A stretch of DNA of 64,000 nt, from the NCBI RefSeq assembly GCF_009914755.1, contig NC_060944.1. The stretch is one strand, 5' to 3'. The position numbers were made by a program, and so were the translations under genes. The stretch's first letter is position 1. Every line of letters starts with the position of its first letter. The notes under the pieces are model-generated. The model was given only the letters and a program-made list of their open reading frames with translations, was not told the DNA's origin and did no database searches. The DNA comes from the human T2T-CHM13v2.0 reference genome, Homo sapiens. Below, piece after piece: positions 1 through 12,714 of this stretch.

Positions 1-339
1 CACACACTCAAACTAGTTTAACAAAATGTTGTTTTAATTATATCTACCTTAATGAACAGATAAAAACAGTTTGTAATTAGTTCTGTAATTGGTTATGTGA
101 AAAGAGATGCATCTTCAAGTTCTAAAGCATATGTCCCGTAGACAATTTATGAGAAAAAAAAGATGCTTCTTCAAGTACTAAAGTATGTTGCCCTAAAGAG
201 CTGTCACATTCCAGTGTCTTGTAGACATATTTTTTTCATGGGTTCTGCAAAAGTAGACTGTATCTTAGTCATGCCTGGATCAGAAACAAAAAGAATTAAA
301 AAGAGCTTTTACTCTAGATGTAAGTGACTCTACATAGAG

Positions 340-560
340 CTGAACAGACTGACAGATCTGGGTTCAAATCCCACTTCTGTCACTCACAAGTTCTGTGACC
401 TTGGGCAATTTCCTGAACCTCTCTAAGGCTCGATCTTTAAAATGGGGATGAAGATAATGCTATTGCATAAAGTTGTTATGAAAACTAAGCAAGGCCACAC
501 ACACAAAGCACACAGCAGAGTGCACAGCATCTATTTGCATTTAATAAACATCAACTGTTA
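340..560 (+). mobile_element. MIR SINE relic
   Basis: ctgggttcaaatccc...tgtgaccttgggcaa...tttaaaatggggat core matches MIR. Confidence 0.8.
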
Positions 561-1281
561 TGTGGACCCATGCATGTTATGTTAATTGGCTACTGTTGGC
601 ATGACAAACTACTATGAATTTAGGAGCTTAAACAATGCATATTGATTGGAGGAACCAAGATGGCCCATTAGAAACAGCTCCGGTCTGTGGCTGTCACTGA
701 GAAGAATGAAAATGGTGAGTGAATCCCGCTCCATCAACTGAGGTATCCAGGTTCTCTCACTGGGAATGATTAGGATGTTGGCATGACCCACACAGAGCAA
801 GGAAAAGCTAGTGTTTCCTGACTGCTGGCTGTCTGGATGAGGGGGATTCTTCCCAGTGCAGCCAAACCTGCTCAGCCAAGGGGCAGCCAGACTGCTTATT
901 TGAGCAGGTCTCTGATTCCATGCCTCCTGACTGGGTGAGACTTCCCAACAGGGGTTGCCAGACACCTCATACAGGAGCTTTCTTGCCTGCATCAGCTCAG
1001 TGCCCCTCTGGGACAGAGCTCCCAGAGGAAGGAGCAGGCAGCCATCTTTGCTGTTCTGCAGCCTCCACTAGTGATACCTCCAGGTGCAAGAGGGACCCAG
1101 GAGAATTGGGTCTGGAATGGTTCCCCTGTAAACTGCAGCAGCCCTACAGAAGAGGGGGTTGTTTGTTAGAAAAACAATCAAACAAAGCAACAACAAGGAC
1201 AACATCAACAAAAAAGACCCCACAAAAACCCCATCCAAACATAACCAGTCTCAAAGATTGAAGGTAGATAAACCCACAAAG

Positions 1282-2280
1282 ATGAGAAAGAATCAGTGCA
1301 AAAGGCTGAGAACTCAAAAAGCTAGAGCACTTTTTTTTCTTCAAATGATTGCAACATCTCTCCAGCAAGGGCACAGAACTGGGCTGAGGCTGAGATGGAT
1401 GAATTGACAGAAGTCGGCTTCAGAAGGTGGGTAATAGTGAACTTTGTTGAGCTAAAGGAGTATGTTTTAACCCAAGGCAAAGAAGCTAAGAACCATGATA
1501 AAACATTACAGGAGCTGTTAACCAAAATAACCAGTTTAGAGAGGAACATAAATGACCTGATGGAGCTGGAAAACACAACCTGAGAACTTCACAAGGCAAT
1601 CACAAGTATCAATAGCCAAATAGACCAAGGGGAGGAAAGGATCTCAGAGCCTGAAGACTATCTTGCTGAAATAAGACAGGCAGACAAGGTTAGAGAAAAA
1701 AGAATGAAAAGGAACAAACAAAACCTTCAAGAACTGTGGTATCATGTAAAAAGACTGAAGCTACAACTGATTGGGGTACCTAAAAGAGACTGGGAGAACA
1801 GAACCGAGTCAGAAAACATACTTCATTATATCATCCAGGAGAACTTCCCCAACCTAACAAGACAGGCCAACATTCAAAATCAGGAAATCCAGAGAACTCC
1901 AGTAAGATGCTCCATGAGAAGATCAACCCCAAGATACATAATCAGATTCTCCAAGGTCAAAATGAAGGAAAAAATGTTAAAGGCAGCCAGAGAAAAGGGT
2001 CAGGTCACCTACAAAGGGAAGCCCATCAGACTAACAGCAGACCTCTCAGTGGAAACCCTACAAGCCAGAAGAGATTGGGGGCCAATATTCAACATTCTTA
2101 AAAGAATTTCCAACCCAGAATTTCATATCCGGCCAAACTAAGCTTCATAAGTGAGGAAGAAATAAAATCCTTTTCAGACAAGCAAATACTGACAGAATTT
2201 GTCACCACCAGGCCTGCCTTGCAAGACCTTCTGAAGGAAACACTAAATACTAGCCACTATCAAAACCCACTGAAGTACAC
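1282..2280 (+). pseudogene. L1 ORF1p remnant (frameshifts and stops)
   Basis: Fragments MRKNQCK..., MDELTEVGFRRWVI..., IIQENFPNLTRQANIQ...EKMLKAAREKGQVTYKGKPIRLTADLS are ORF1p. Confidence 0.9.
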
Positions 2281-2340
2281 AGACCAATGACACTATGAAG
2301 CAACTACATTAACAAGTCTGCAAAATAACCAGCCAGGATC

Positions 2341-4659
2341 ATGATGACATGGTCAAATTCACACATAACAATATTAACCTTAAACATAAATGGGTTAAAT
2401 GCCCCCAATTAAAACACGTAGAATGGCCAACTGGATAAAATGACAAGACCCACCAGTGTGCTGTATTTAAGAGACACTTCTCATGTGCAAAGACACACAT
2501 AGGCTTAAAATAATGGGATGAAGGAAAATTTGCCAAGCAAATGGAAAGCAGAAAAAAGCAGGGGTTGCCGTCCTGTTTTCTGACAAAACAGACTTTAAAT
2601 CAACAAAGACCAAAAAAGACAAAGAAGGGCATTACATAATGGTAAAGGATTCAATTTAACAAGCATAGCTAACTATCCTAAATATATATGCACCCAATAC
2701 AGGAGCACCCAGTTTCATAAAACAAGTTCTTAGAGACCTACAAAGAGACTTAGACTCCCATACAATACTAGTGGGAGACTTTAACACCCCACTACCAATA
2801 TTAGATAGATTATTGAGACAGAAAATTAACAAAGATCTTCAGGACTTGAACTCAGCTCTGGATCTAGTGGACCTGATATATATCTACAGAACTCTTCACC
2901 CAAAAATAATAGACTATACATTCTTCTCAGTGCCACATGGCACTAAATTGATCACATAATTGGAGGTAAAATACTCCTCAGCAAATGCAGAAGAACTGAA
3001 ATCTAACAAACAGTCTCGTAGACCACAGCACAATCAAATTAGAACTCAAGATTAAGAAACTCACTCAAAACCACACAACTACATGGAAATTGAACAATCT
3101 GCTTCTGAATGACTCCTGGGTAAATAATGAAATTAAGGCAGAAATCAATAAGTTTTTTGAAACCAAATGAGAACAAACAACATACCAGAATCTCTGGGAT
3201 GCAGCTAAAACAGTGTTAAGAGGGAAATTTATAGCACTAAGTGCCAACATCAAAAAGCTAGAAAGATCTCAAATCAGCATCCTAACATCACAATTAAAAG
3301 AACTGGAGCAAACAAACCCCAAAGCTAGCAGAAGACAAGTAATAACCAAGATCAGACTAGAACTGAAGGAGATAGAGATACAAAAAAAAACCCTTCCAAA
3401 AAATCAATGAATCCAGGAGCTGGCTTTTTGAAAAAATTAATAAAATACAAGACCATTAGCTAGACTAATAAACAAGAAAAGACAGAAGAATCAAACAGAC
3501 AGAATGAAAAATAATAAAGGGGATACCACCACTGAACCCACAGAAATACAAACAACCATTAGAGAATACTATAAACACCTCTATGCAAATAAGCTAGAAA
3601 ATCTAGAAGATATGGATAAATTCCTGGACACACACACCCTCCAAAGACTGAACTAGGAAGAAGCTGAATCCTTGAATGACCAATAACAAGTTCTGAAATT
3701 GAGGCAGTAACGAATAGCCTACCAACCAAAAAAAGCCAAGAACCAGATGGATTTACAGCTGAATTCTTCCAGAGGTACAAAGAGGAGCTGGTACCATTTC
3801 TTCTGAAAGTTTTCCAAACAATTGAAAAGGAGGGACTTCTCCCTAACTCATTTTATGAGGCCAGCATTATCCTGATATCAAAACCTGGCAGAGATATAAC
3901 AAAAAAAGAAAACTTCAGGCCAATATCCCTGATGATTATCAGTGCAAAAATCCTCAATAAAATACTGGCAAACCTCATTCAGAAGCACATCAAAAAGCTT
4001 ATTTACCACAATCAACTCAGCTTCATCCTTGGGATGCAAGGCTGGTTCAACATACACAAATCAATAAACAGAACTAAAGACAAAAAATTATTTTTTTATT
4101 CAGCCAACGAACATATGAAAAAAGGCTCAACATCACCATCATCAGAGAAATGCAAATCAAAACCACAATGAGATACCGTCTCATACCAATCAGAATGGTG
4201 ATTATTAAAAAGTCAAGAAACAACAGATGCTGGTGAGGCTGCAGAAAGATAGGAACGCTTTTACATTGTTGGTGAGAATGTAAATTAGTTCAACCATTGT
4301 GGAAGAGAGTGTGGTGATTTTTCAAAGACCTAAAACCAGAAATGCCATTTGATCCGGCAATCCCATTACTGGATATATACCCGAAGGAATATATATCATT
4401 CTATTATAAAGATATATGCACATGTGTATTTATTGCAGCACTTTTCACAATAGAAAAGACATGGAATCAACCCCAATGCCCATCAATGATATACTGGATA
4501 AAGAAAAATGTGGAACATGTACACTATGGAATACTATACAGGAATGAGATCATGTCCTCTGCAGGGACATGGATGGAGCTGGAAGCCATTATCCTCTGCA
4601 AACTAATGCAGGAACATAAAACCAAACACTGCATGTTCTCACTTGTAAGTGGGAGCTGA
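2341..4659 (+). pseudogene. L1 ORF2p remnant: endonuclease and C-terminal region present, RT core deleted
   Basis: MMTWSNSHITILTLN start; GDFNTPL; [10 protein letters not shown]; KILNKILAN...GMQGWFNI; then jumps to ANEHMKK; PFDPAIPLL...CMFSLVSGS*. Confidence 0.9.
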
Positions 4660-4974
4660 ACAATGAGAACACATGGACACAGGGAGGGGAGCAACACACA
4701 CTGGGGCCTGCCAGGGCAAGGGGGAGCATAGGAAGGGAGAGCATCAGGAAAAATACCTAATGCATTCTGGGCTTAATACTTAGGTGATGGGTTGACAGGT
4801 GCAGCAAACCACCATGGCACATGTTTTCCTATGTAACAAACCTGCATATCCTGCACATGTACCCTGGAACTTAAAATTAAATTAAATTAAATTTCAAAAA
4901 AAAAGAATCTTCTAATTTCAAAGCTTTATCAGGTTTAAAATTAAAATTTATATTTATATGTTTGCCAAAAAAAC

Positions 4975-5408
4975 AGTGCATATTTATTACTTATAGTTAT
5001 CTGGGTTAGAAGTCCAAAACAGGTCTCAAGGGGCTCCTCAAGGTGTCAGCAGGGCTGCCTTCCATTTTAGAGGCTCTAGGGGAGATCCATTTTCTTGTCT
5101 TTTCCAGCTTCCAGAGGCCACCACATCCCTTGCCTCCTGACCCCTTCCTCCATCTTCAAAGCCGGCAAGGTTGCATCTCTGACCCTTCTTCCCTATTCAC
5201 ATATACCTCTGACCACAGTTGGAAGGGTTCTCCAATTTCAAGGACTTATGTGAATAAATTGGGCCCACCTGGATAATCCAGGATAATCACCCCATCTCAA
5301 GGTCCATAATCTTAAATCACTCTGCAAAGTACTTTTGCAATGTCAAGTAACAGGTTCACAGGATTAAGGCATGGACGTTTTTAAGGGGCCATTTTTCTGC
5401 CTACCACA
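4975..5408 (-). mobile_element. MaLR solo LTR (MLT1D-like)
   Basis: Ends ttctgcctaccaca (revcomp of MLT1 start TGTGGTAGGCAGAA); contains gggcccacctggataatccaggataat and aaggtgtcagcagggct. Confidence 0.85.
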
Positions 5409-5896
5409 AATGTATATCTTTAACTGCATGTCATTACAATGATTTTTTCATAAAAGATAAATGAGGTCCTTATAACTACAGAGTCTTCTATTCTTCCACT
5501 CTTCCTCTGCCCTCTCCCACTTTCTTATATGTTACTGAAAGTGAGTTTCTTACATCAAGTGTAAATCCATTGCACAGTTAATTCTAAGGCCTTTAGTGTC
5601 CCTAATTCCTCTTCTTTCGGAGGTTACTTTGCTGTATCATCATTAAACCACGTTAAAATATGTTCATATCTTATACTACATGAAACTTCTATATAACTAG
5701 AGTTGAAGTGAATTTGTTGACAAACTGTTGTGTCTTATGTACATTTAATTAAAATTAATTTTTTATACTTTGCAGTTTTCTTTACTTTTTTATATCCCAG
5801 CTATTTTCATAGATCTCAGAACAGTTCATAGGTCCATAGACACTGCCTTAAAGACTCAGTGAACAAGAAGACCCTAGATCAATAGATATTCTTCCA

Positions 5897-6205
5897 GGAG
5901 AAGGGGGGAAGGAGAAAGAAAAAAAGAAAATAAAAGAAAAAAGAAAGAAAGAAAAGGGAAGAAAAGAAAAGAAAAGGGAAGGGAAGGAGGAAGGAAAGAA
6001 GGAAGGAAAGAAGGAAGGAAGGAAGGAAGGAAGGAAGGAAGGAAGGAAGGAAGGAAGGAAGGGAGGGAGGGAGGGGAAGGAGAAAGGGAGGTGAAGGAGA
6101 AAGGGAAGGAAGGAGGAAGAAAAGAAAGAAGAGAGAAAGAAATAATGGAGGGAAGAAGGAAGGAAGGAAGGAAGGAAGAAAGGGATGGAGGAGGAGAGGA
6201 GAAAA
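5897..6205 (+). repeat. Polypurine simple repeat including (GGAA)12
   Basis: About 300 bp almost purely A/G; 12 consecutive GGAA units at 6013-6060. Confidence 0.95.
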
Positions 6206-6294
6206 CTTGATTACTTAGTGCTCTCTAGTGTGAAAACTCAATGACCCACTCTCTCTTCCAGTGCCAGGACCATCGTTCAGACCATCCATGAGTA

Positions 6295-6425
6295 ATTCAG
6301 TCATTTGTTTATTCATTTATACAACAAATAATTCCTTTGCACCTGTAAAGGGCCCATTCCTACTGGGCACTGGGAACACCATGATGAATAAGGCCCTGTC
6401 CCCATCCTCAAGGATCTACCAGTCT
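6295..6425 (-). mobile_element. L2 3' end relic
   Basis: attcattt...caacaaata...ctgggcactgggaacacc...ccctgtccccatcctcaagg. Confidence 0.65.
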
Positions 6426-6587
6426 TTACCTAATCTTGTATGTGAGTGGACACACATCACCTTTACTTGAAAGAACGGGGCTGGCCCACTGTCAGGGAAC
6501 CTACCTACCATCACCAAGAATGGCTAGATGAGTACCAGGTCTTTACGTGCATAGATAACAATTCAGTTCCTTAGCTGGCTTCTTTCC

Positions 6588-7573
<986 letters not shown>

Positions 7574-8267
7574 AGAGCTCTGTATCTTTTTAACTGGAAA
7601 TGTTTAATCTAGGGTGTAAAGAATGCTTCAGGGAACCTCAGGTCCCTCCTAGAATTGTAGTTTAAAGTGTATGCATATTTGTGAGTGTCCATTTTTCTGA
7701 GAGAAGGAAATGCAGTTTTCAAAAACTAATGAAGTACAGCTCTAAGAAATACATTTACATTTGAAAAAACAATTCTTAAGAATCAATGGAGCTTTTCTTA
7801 CCTTCTAAGATGGAACTAAACCCAGAAAGCAATCCACAAACTGCTCCTCCAGGGACAAAGGAGTGGTGGGAAGGATGGTCAAGGTTTCCTAGCAAGAGCC
7901 TCTTTAGGGCCTATTGGAGGCTTGCTCCATTAAGATTAAATCTTGCAAAGACTGTAGGCTGACAATACCTTTTGTCTAAGAGTAAGAAAGAGCCCTCCCC
8001 AGCCACACTTGCGGGCATTCCTCCTACTGATCTGGCTGTACCACAAAGGTGAACTATGATAAAACCACCTTTTCCCCCTTACAACCTACAGCCCCCAAAC
8101 AGTATCCCCAGACAGCTTCAATATCACACCAGCACAACTGATGACTTTGAAATCTGCAGATCTACCTTCATCTGCGTAGACTCCAAATATCTCCTCAAAA
8201 TGGACCTGCTTAGACCTTGGAAGCCCTGTCTGGATAAAGATCCCTTTTCCCTGCTGCAAAAGTGCCT

Positions 8268-8570
8268 AGCTCTGCTCTGTCCAATACAGAGCCACATGTG
8301 GCCAAGCCGCACTTGAAATGTGACTGGTCCAAATTGAGATGTGCTGACCCCGTGAAATACATACCAGATGTTAAACTTAGAATGAAGAGAGAAACATTTT
8401 AAAAGATCTCATTAAAAATTTTTCTATTGATTGGATGTTGAAGTGATCATATTTGGGATAAGTGGGTTAGATAGACTATTATTAAAAGTAATTTTACCTG
8501 CTTCTTTTTAAACTGTAACTACTAGAAAATTTAAAATGGCATATGTGTCTTGCATTATATATCTATTCTA
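8268..8570 (-). mobile_element. MER33 hAT-Charlie MITE
   Basis: ctgtccaata...gccacatgtgg...cacttgaaatgtg...aattgagatgtgctg...actagaaaatttaaaat. Confidence 0.8.
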
Positions 8571-8935
8571 TCCCCTGATGTAGCTTATTCTGCTCTGCAC
8601 GGACATACGTCCCAAAACTCAGGCCAGCTCTATGTGGCCATCATCACAACCTGGTAGATTAGATGCCCTGGGTCCGTCTCCCACCCCACCATCTGCAAGA
8701 ACTTCAGCAGAACTTCTTGTGGTCTTTATACCGGGTGTCAAACAGTTAACACTAGCCCCTGGTGGTCTGCCCAGGTTCACAGGTCAAGCAAGCTGCTGCC
8801 TGTCCCTAAGCCCAACCATGAGCCTCAAAAGAAGCCCATGGCCATGCACTGATATGATGAAGAAGTGGCCAGCCAGCAACTAGTGACACAGCATCTGGTA
8901 CTGAAGCCAATCAATGAAGTGCAAAGAACCCAGGA

Positions 8936-9348
8936 AGGGGGACCAACCAGCCTCCTTTGCCTGAGACTGGGGAGTTTCTGGGAAGTGGAATTTATAGGTT
9001 TTTTGGGTTTTTTTTAGATGAAGTTTCACTCTTGTCGCCCAGGCTGGAGTTCAATGACACAATCTCAGCTCACCGCAACCTCCGCCTCCCAGGTTCAAGC
9101 GATTCTCCCGCCTCAGCCTCCTGAGTAGCTGTGATTACGGGCATGTGCCACCAAGCCCGGCTAATTTTGTATTTTTAGTAGAGATGGGGTTTCTCCATGT
9201 TGGTCAGGCCGGTCTCAAATTCCCCGACCTCAGGTGATCTGCCTGCCTTAAAGTGCTGGGATTACAGGCATGAGCCACTGCGCCCTTCCAATTTTTAGTT
9301 TTTAAAACAAGGCAGGCCTAGGCAAGCGAAAATAAGCTGTTCACCCTA
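8936..9348 (+). mobile_element. MER94 (hAT-Blackjack) split by an Alu
   Basis: gggggaccaaccagcc...tttgcctgagactggggagtttctggg | Alu | ttttaaaac...gttcacccta. Confidence 0.7.
8999..9289 (-). mobile_element. AluSp-like
   Basis: gtttcactcttgt, ctcaccgcaacc, tttctccatgttggtcagg diagnostics; flanks aatttatagg / aatttttagt. Confidence 0.9.
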
Positions 9349-10054
9349 GACCCAGGTATGCACGTGAGACCTGATTCTCAGGGGTCCTAGGGCAGACCAA
9401 CCCTCCCACCCACCAACAGAGCCTTGAGATATTTGTGGGATGTGCAGGGCAAATATAAAAATTCCAACCGCTGCAGGCCTCACCTGGGCCACTGCCTTCC
9501 CTGAAACAGGTGAAAACTGAAATTCTCAAGCCACACCCACTAGAGCAGCAGGAGGAAGAATGGGGGAAACCCTTTAGCAGTGATTTGGAATCCCACTGTG
9601 TCCCTCCTCCATGAGCTGTCTGTGTGTGACTGAGCAGCTCGCTTCCCTCACTCTCTGGGGGTGGGGTCAGGGTGGGGAGTCTGTCTGACTCACTGCCCAA
9701 GCCACAGGCCTGTCTGCTTGTCCCCAGACAGGGGACCTACCTACCCACTGTCCTTCAGCTCTGTTGTCAGCCACAGGCTGTGCCCAAGAGGGCACATGGG
9801 GTTGGTGTGGGGAGGAGGGTAGGTTTCCTTGGCTGAGGCAGAGGAAGTTGCTTTCTGTCTCAAGTTCTGCTCACAGGTCAGACATTACCGGCCTTGTGAT
9901 CATCAATCTCCCATTGTGTCCTTTCAACACGTACCAGTGTCTTCAACACTAAGTCCCTTGCAGAGGGAATGGGATAGGGACCGAACCTCACATGCTTTTC
10001 TGCTTCCCTGTGGATTTGTGAGGCTGATATCCAGGTGAAGAGATCAAGTAGAGT

Positions 10055-10345
10055 TTTGTTCATTCACTCAAATGTTCACTGTGCCTAGTAACAGGCAGAC
10101 ACTGAGAAAATTGCTAGAAATACAACAATGAACAAAGTTCCTGCACTCATGATGCTTACTGTCTACTGGGGGAAACCAACGATAAAAGAGTCAGTACAAA
10201 AAAAATTAATAAGTGTTAGGGGAGGAGAAGAGCTGGGTACTGTGAGAACACATATCCAAGGATCTATCGTATTCTGGGCAATCATGGAGTACTTCCATGA
10301 GGAAGCATGGTTTATGTTGAGACCCAAAATGAGGAAGAGTTAACA
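10055..10345 (-). mobile_element. L2 relic
   Basis: ttcattcactcaaatgttcactgtgccta...cctgcactcatgatgcttactgtctactgggg. Confidence 0.7.
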
Positions 10346-10591
10346 TATACTTAACTGTGTGCCCTAGACCTTCAAGGATGGGGACTGCCTCTCTGAGCAG
10401 CTGCAGGGAGGCCTCTGGAGAGGTCTCTACACTGTGATGCTGGGTTAGCCTTACCTATGAGCTGATACACGCAGGCCTCAGAGCAGGGCCTAGGTTGTCC
10501 CCATTCAGGGCGGATTCTAGGACCTCTCTGGAAGGAAGAGACCCCAGGCGTGGGAGAGTAGGACCTAGTCTCAGGAAGGAACACAGGCCCT

Positions 10592-10790
10592 AGATTAAGA
10601 CTGTGGGCTCTCGAATCCAACAATCTGCATTTGAATTTCAGGGCCATCTCTGAGTCTGTTTCCTCATCTGTTAAATGGGAGCAAAACAGCACGTATTTCA
10701 TAAAGCTGTGGTGAGAATTTTAAAAGGCAATCCATGGAGAGAGCTGAGGGTGGTGTCTGGCACACAGCAAATACCAAATAAAAAGTGAGA
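10592..10790 (+). mobile_element. MIR
   Basis: ctctgagtctgtttcctcatctgttaaatggg...gtctggcacacag. Confidence 0.8.
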
Positions 10791-11486
10791 TTTCCTGCTT
10801 TCAATTATTAGTGTTACAGTGAAGAAAGATACAAAGTGCTGTGGGAACCGACTACCTCCTATCATTTATCTTATAGGAACAATCATTTAAAAGAAACTCC
10901 AAAACTGGCAAAATGCCACATTGTGTCTCAAGGAAGAAATATTGGATCTGAGCCTGGAAGGGTGGCTATGTGACTTGCAGAGAAAAAGTATGAAGAAAGG
11001 CACGAAGACCAGAATGGGTGGGGCGCCTGCAGGAGCAGTGCCGGAGTGCTGGAGGGGAGAGGAGATGGCAGAGCGCCAGGCTAAAGGGCTGGGCAAGGCG
11101 GGGCAGGAGGAGCCGGAAGGCCCTGCTAACAACCTTTGCCTTCATCCTAAAGGCAGCGGCCAGGCTACTGAAGATTTGAGAGTTGGTTGGTGATCTGTTG
11201 GGGTTTGCATAGGCAGAATGGAGATTTCCTGGAAAAAAACAGGAAGCCAGGGACCAAGGAGGGGGCTGATGTGAGTATCTAAGGCCACCTCAGACATTTA
11301 TCAGAACACCCAGGGCTGTTTCTTGGTTCTGTGCCTTGACAACACACTATGTCCTCTGCTTGGAATTTCAACAAACTTACCTTCCAAAAATTAATCAAGT
11401 AATTCATTTATTCAACTAGTATTAATTAAGCACTTATCCTGTGTGAAGCTCAGAATCTCTACTCTCAGGAAATTGATGGTCTGGTG

Positions 11487-11694
11487 CAGGGGCCAGCAAA
11501 CTTTTTCTATAAAGAACCATAGAGTAAATATTTTAGGCTTTGTGGAACATAGGGTCTCTGTTACAACTCTACCATTGCAGAGCAAAATCACCCATAGACT
11601 ATGGAAATGAATGAGCCTGGCTGCATTTCAATAAAACTTTATTTACAAAAACAGGCAGTGGGCCAGATTTGGCCCAAGGGCTGGTCAATTCCTG
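11487..11694 (+). mobile_element. MER58A hAT MITE
   Basis: caggggccagcaaactttttctataaag...aataaaactttatttacaaaaacaggcagtgggccagatttggcc...cctg. Confidence 0.88.
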
Positions 11695-11696
11695 TT

Positions 11697-12029
11697 AAAA
11701 TATAATATAAGCCATAAACATGAACCATTATCTATTTAAATTACATATGCAATTAAAAATGTTCTAGTAGCCACATTTTTAAAAGTAAAATAAATGAGTG
11801 AAATTAACTTTAATAATGTATTCTATTTGATGCAATATATCCAAAATATTATTTTAACATGTAATCAATATAAAAAATTATTAATGAGCTATTTCCTATT
11901 CTTTTTTATACTAAGCCTTTGAAATTTGATGCATATTTTACATTGACAGCACATGTCAATTAGGATTAGCCACATTTCAAGTGCTTGATAACTACATGCG
12001 ACTGGTGGCCACCATATTGGATGGCACAG
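11697..12029 (+). mobile_element. MER33 hAT MITE abutting MER58A
   Basis: ttctagtagccacatt...atatatccaaaatatt...gccacatttcaagtgct...atattggatggcacag. Confidence 0.88.
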
Positions 12030-12508
12030 GTCTAGCAGGATAGTGGAGGGTGGCTAGGGGAGAGGACGAATGGCTGACTGATATTGGCTTAGGGCATAAA
12101 TTAACTATGATACCAATCCAGCTTGCCCACTTGCTTGCTGGGTAATTTTTGGCATGGTTCTTACTAATCTGGGTATCTTTAGGCCCAAAGTAACAAATGA
12201 GGAGTTAGCTTTAGCCCCTAGGTTCCTTCCAGCTCAACAATGTAGAGATTCCAGACTCAGGGTTTAGTGGATGGAGTCAACAACTTGGATTTTCTTTGCT
12301 AAAAAGCACCTTGGATAGTACAATCATCTTGTACTGTCTTGTACTTGTATTCGCATAAGGCTTTCTGTGGCAACCCCACCATCCACATCTCCAGGGGCCT
12401 GTGAGGGTGGCTGTCTGCTCCTGAGGGGTCAGGGGATGTATACGTAAGGTAGAGAAGGGATAGGAGAATCGCCCTCTCCAGCTCTCTGAGAAAAACGTGC
12501 CCCCCTCA

Positions 12509-12653
12509 AACACACACAGGCACATACATGCATGCATGCACACACTCAAACACACACACAAGAACACACAGACACACATGCACACATGCATACACAGGGG
12601 CACACACACACACATGCACACACAGGTGCACACACAGGCACACACATGCACAG
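12509..12653 (+). repeat. Degenerate (CA)n/(CACATG)n repeat
   Basis: About 145 bp of mostly alternating purine-pyrimidine sequence. Confidence 0.9.
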
Positions 12654-12714
12654 AGGTAACAGCTGTGATCTCCGGGCCTTAAGGTGCAGGACATGGGAAC
12701 AGAAATACACTCCT

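Larger units (their letters stand above)
648..4904 (+). mobile_element. LINE-1, older L1PA type (about L1PA8-PA12); both ends present but internally deleted (about 4.26 kb)
   Basis: Starts ggaggaaccaagatggcc (L1 5'UTR start); ORF1 and ORF2 remnants; 3'UTR ...gcacatgtaccctggaacttaaa then A-rich tail to 4904. Confidence 0.95.
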
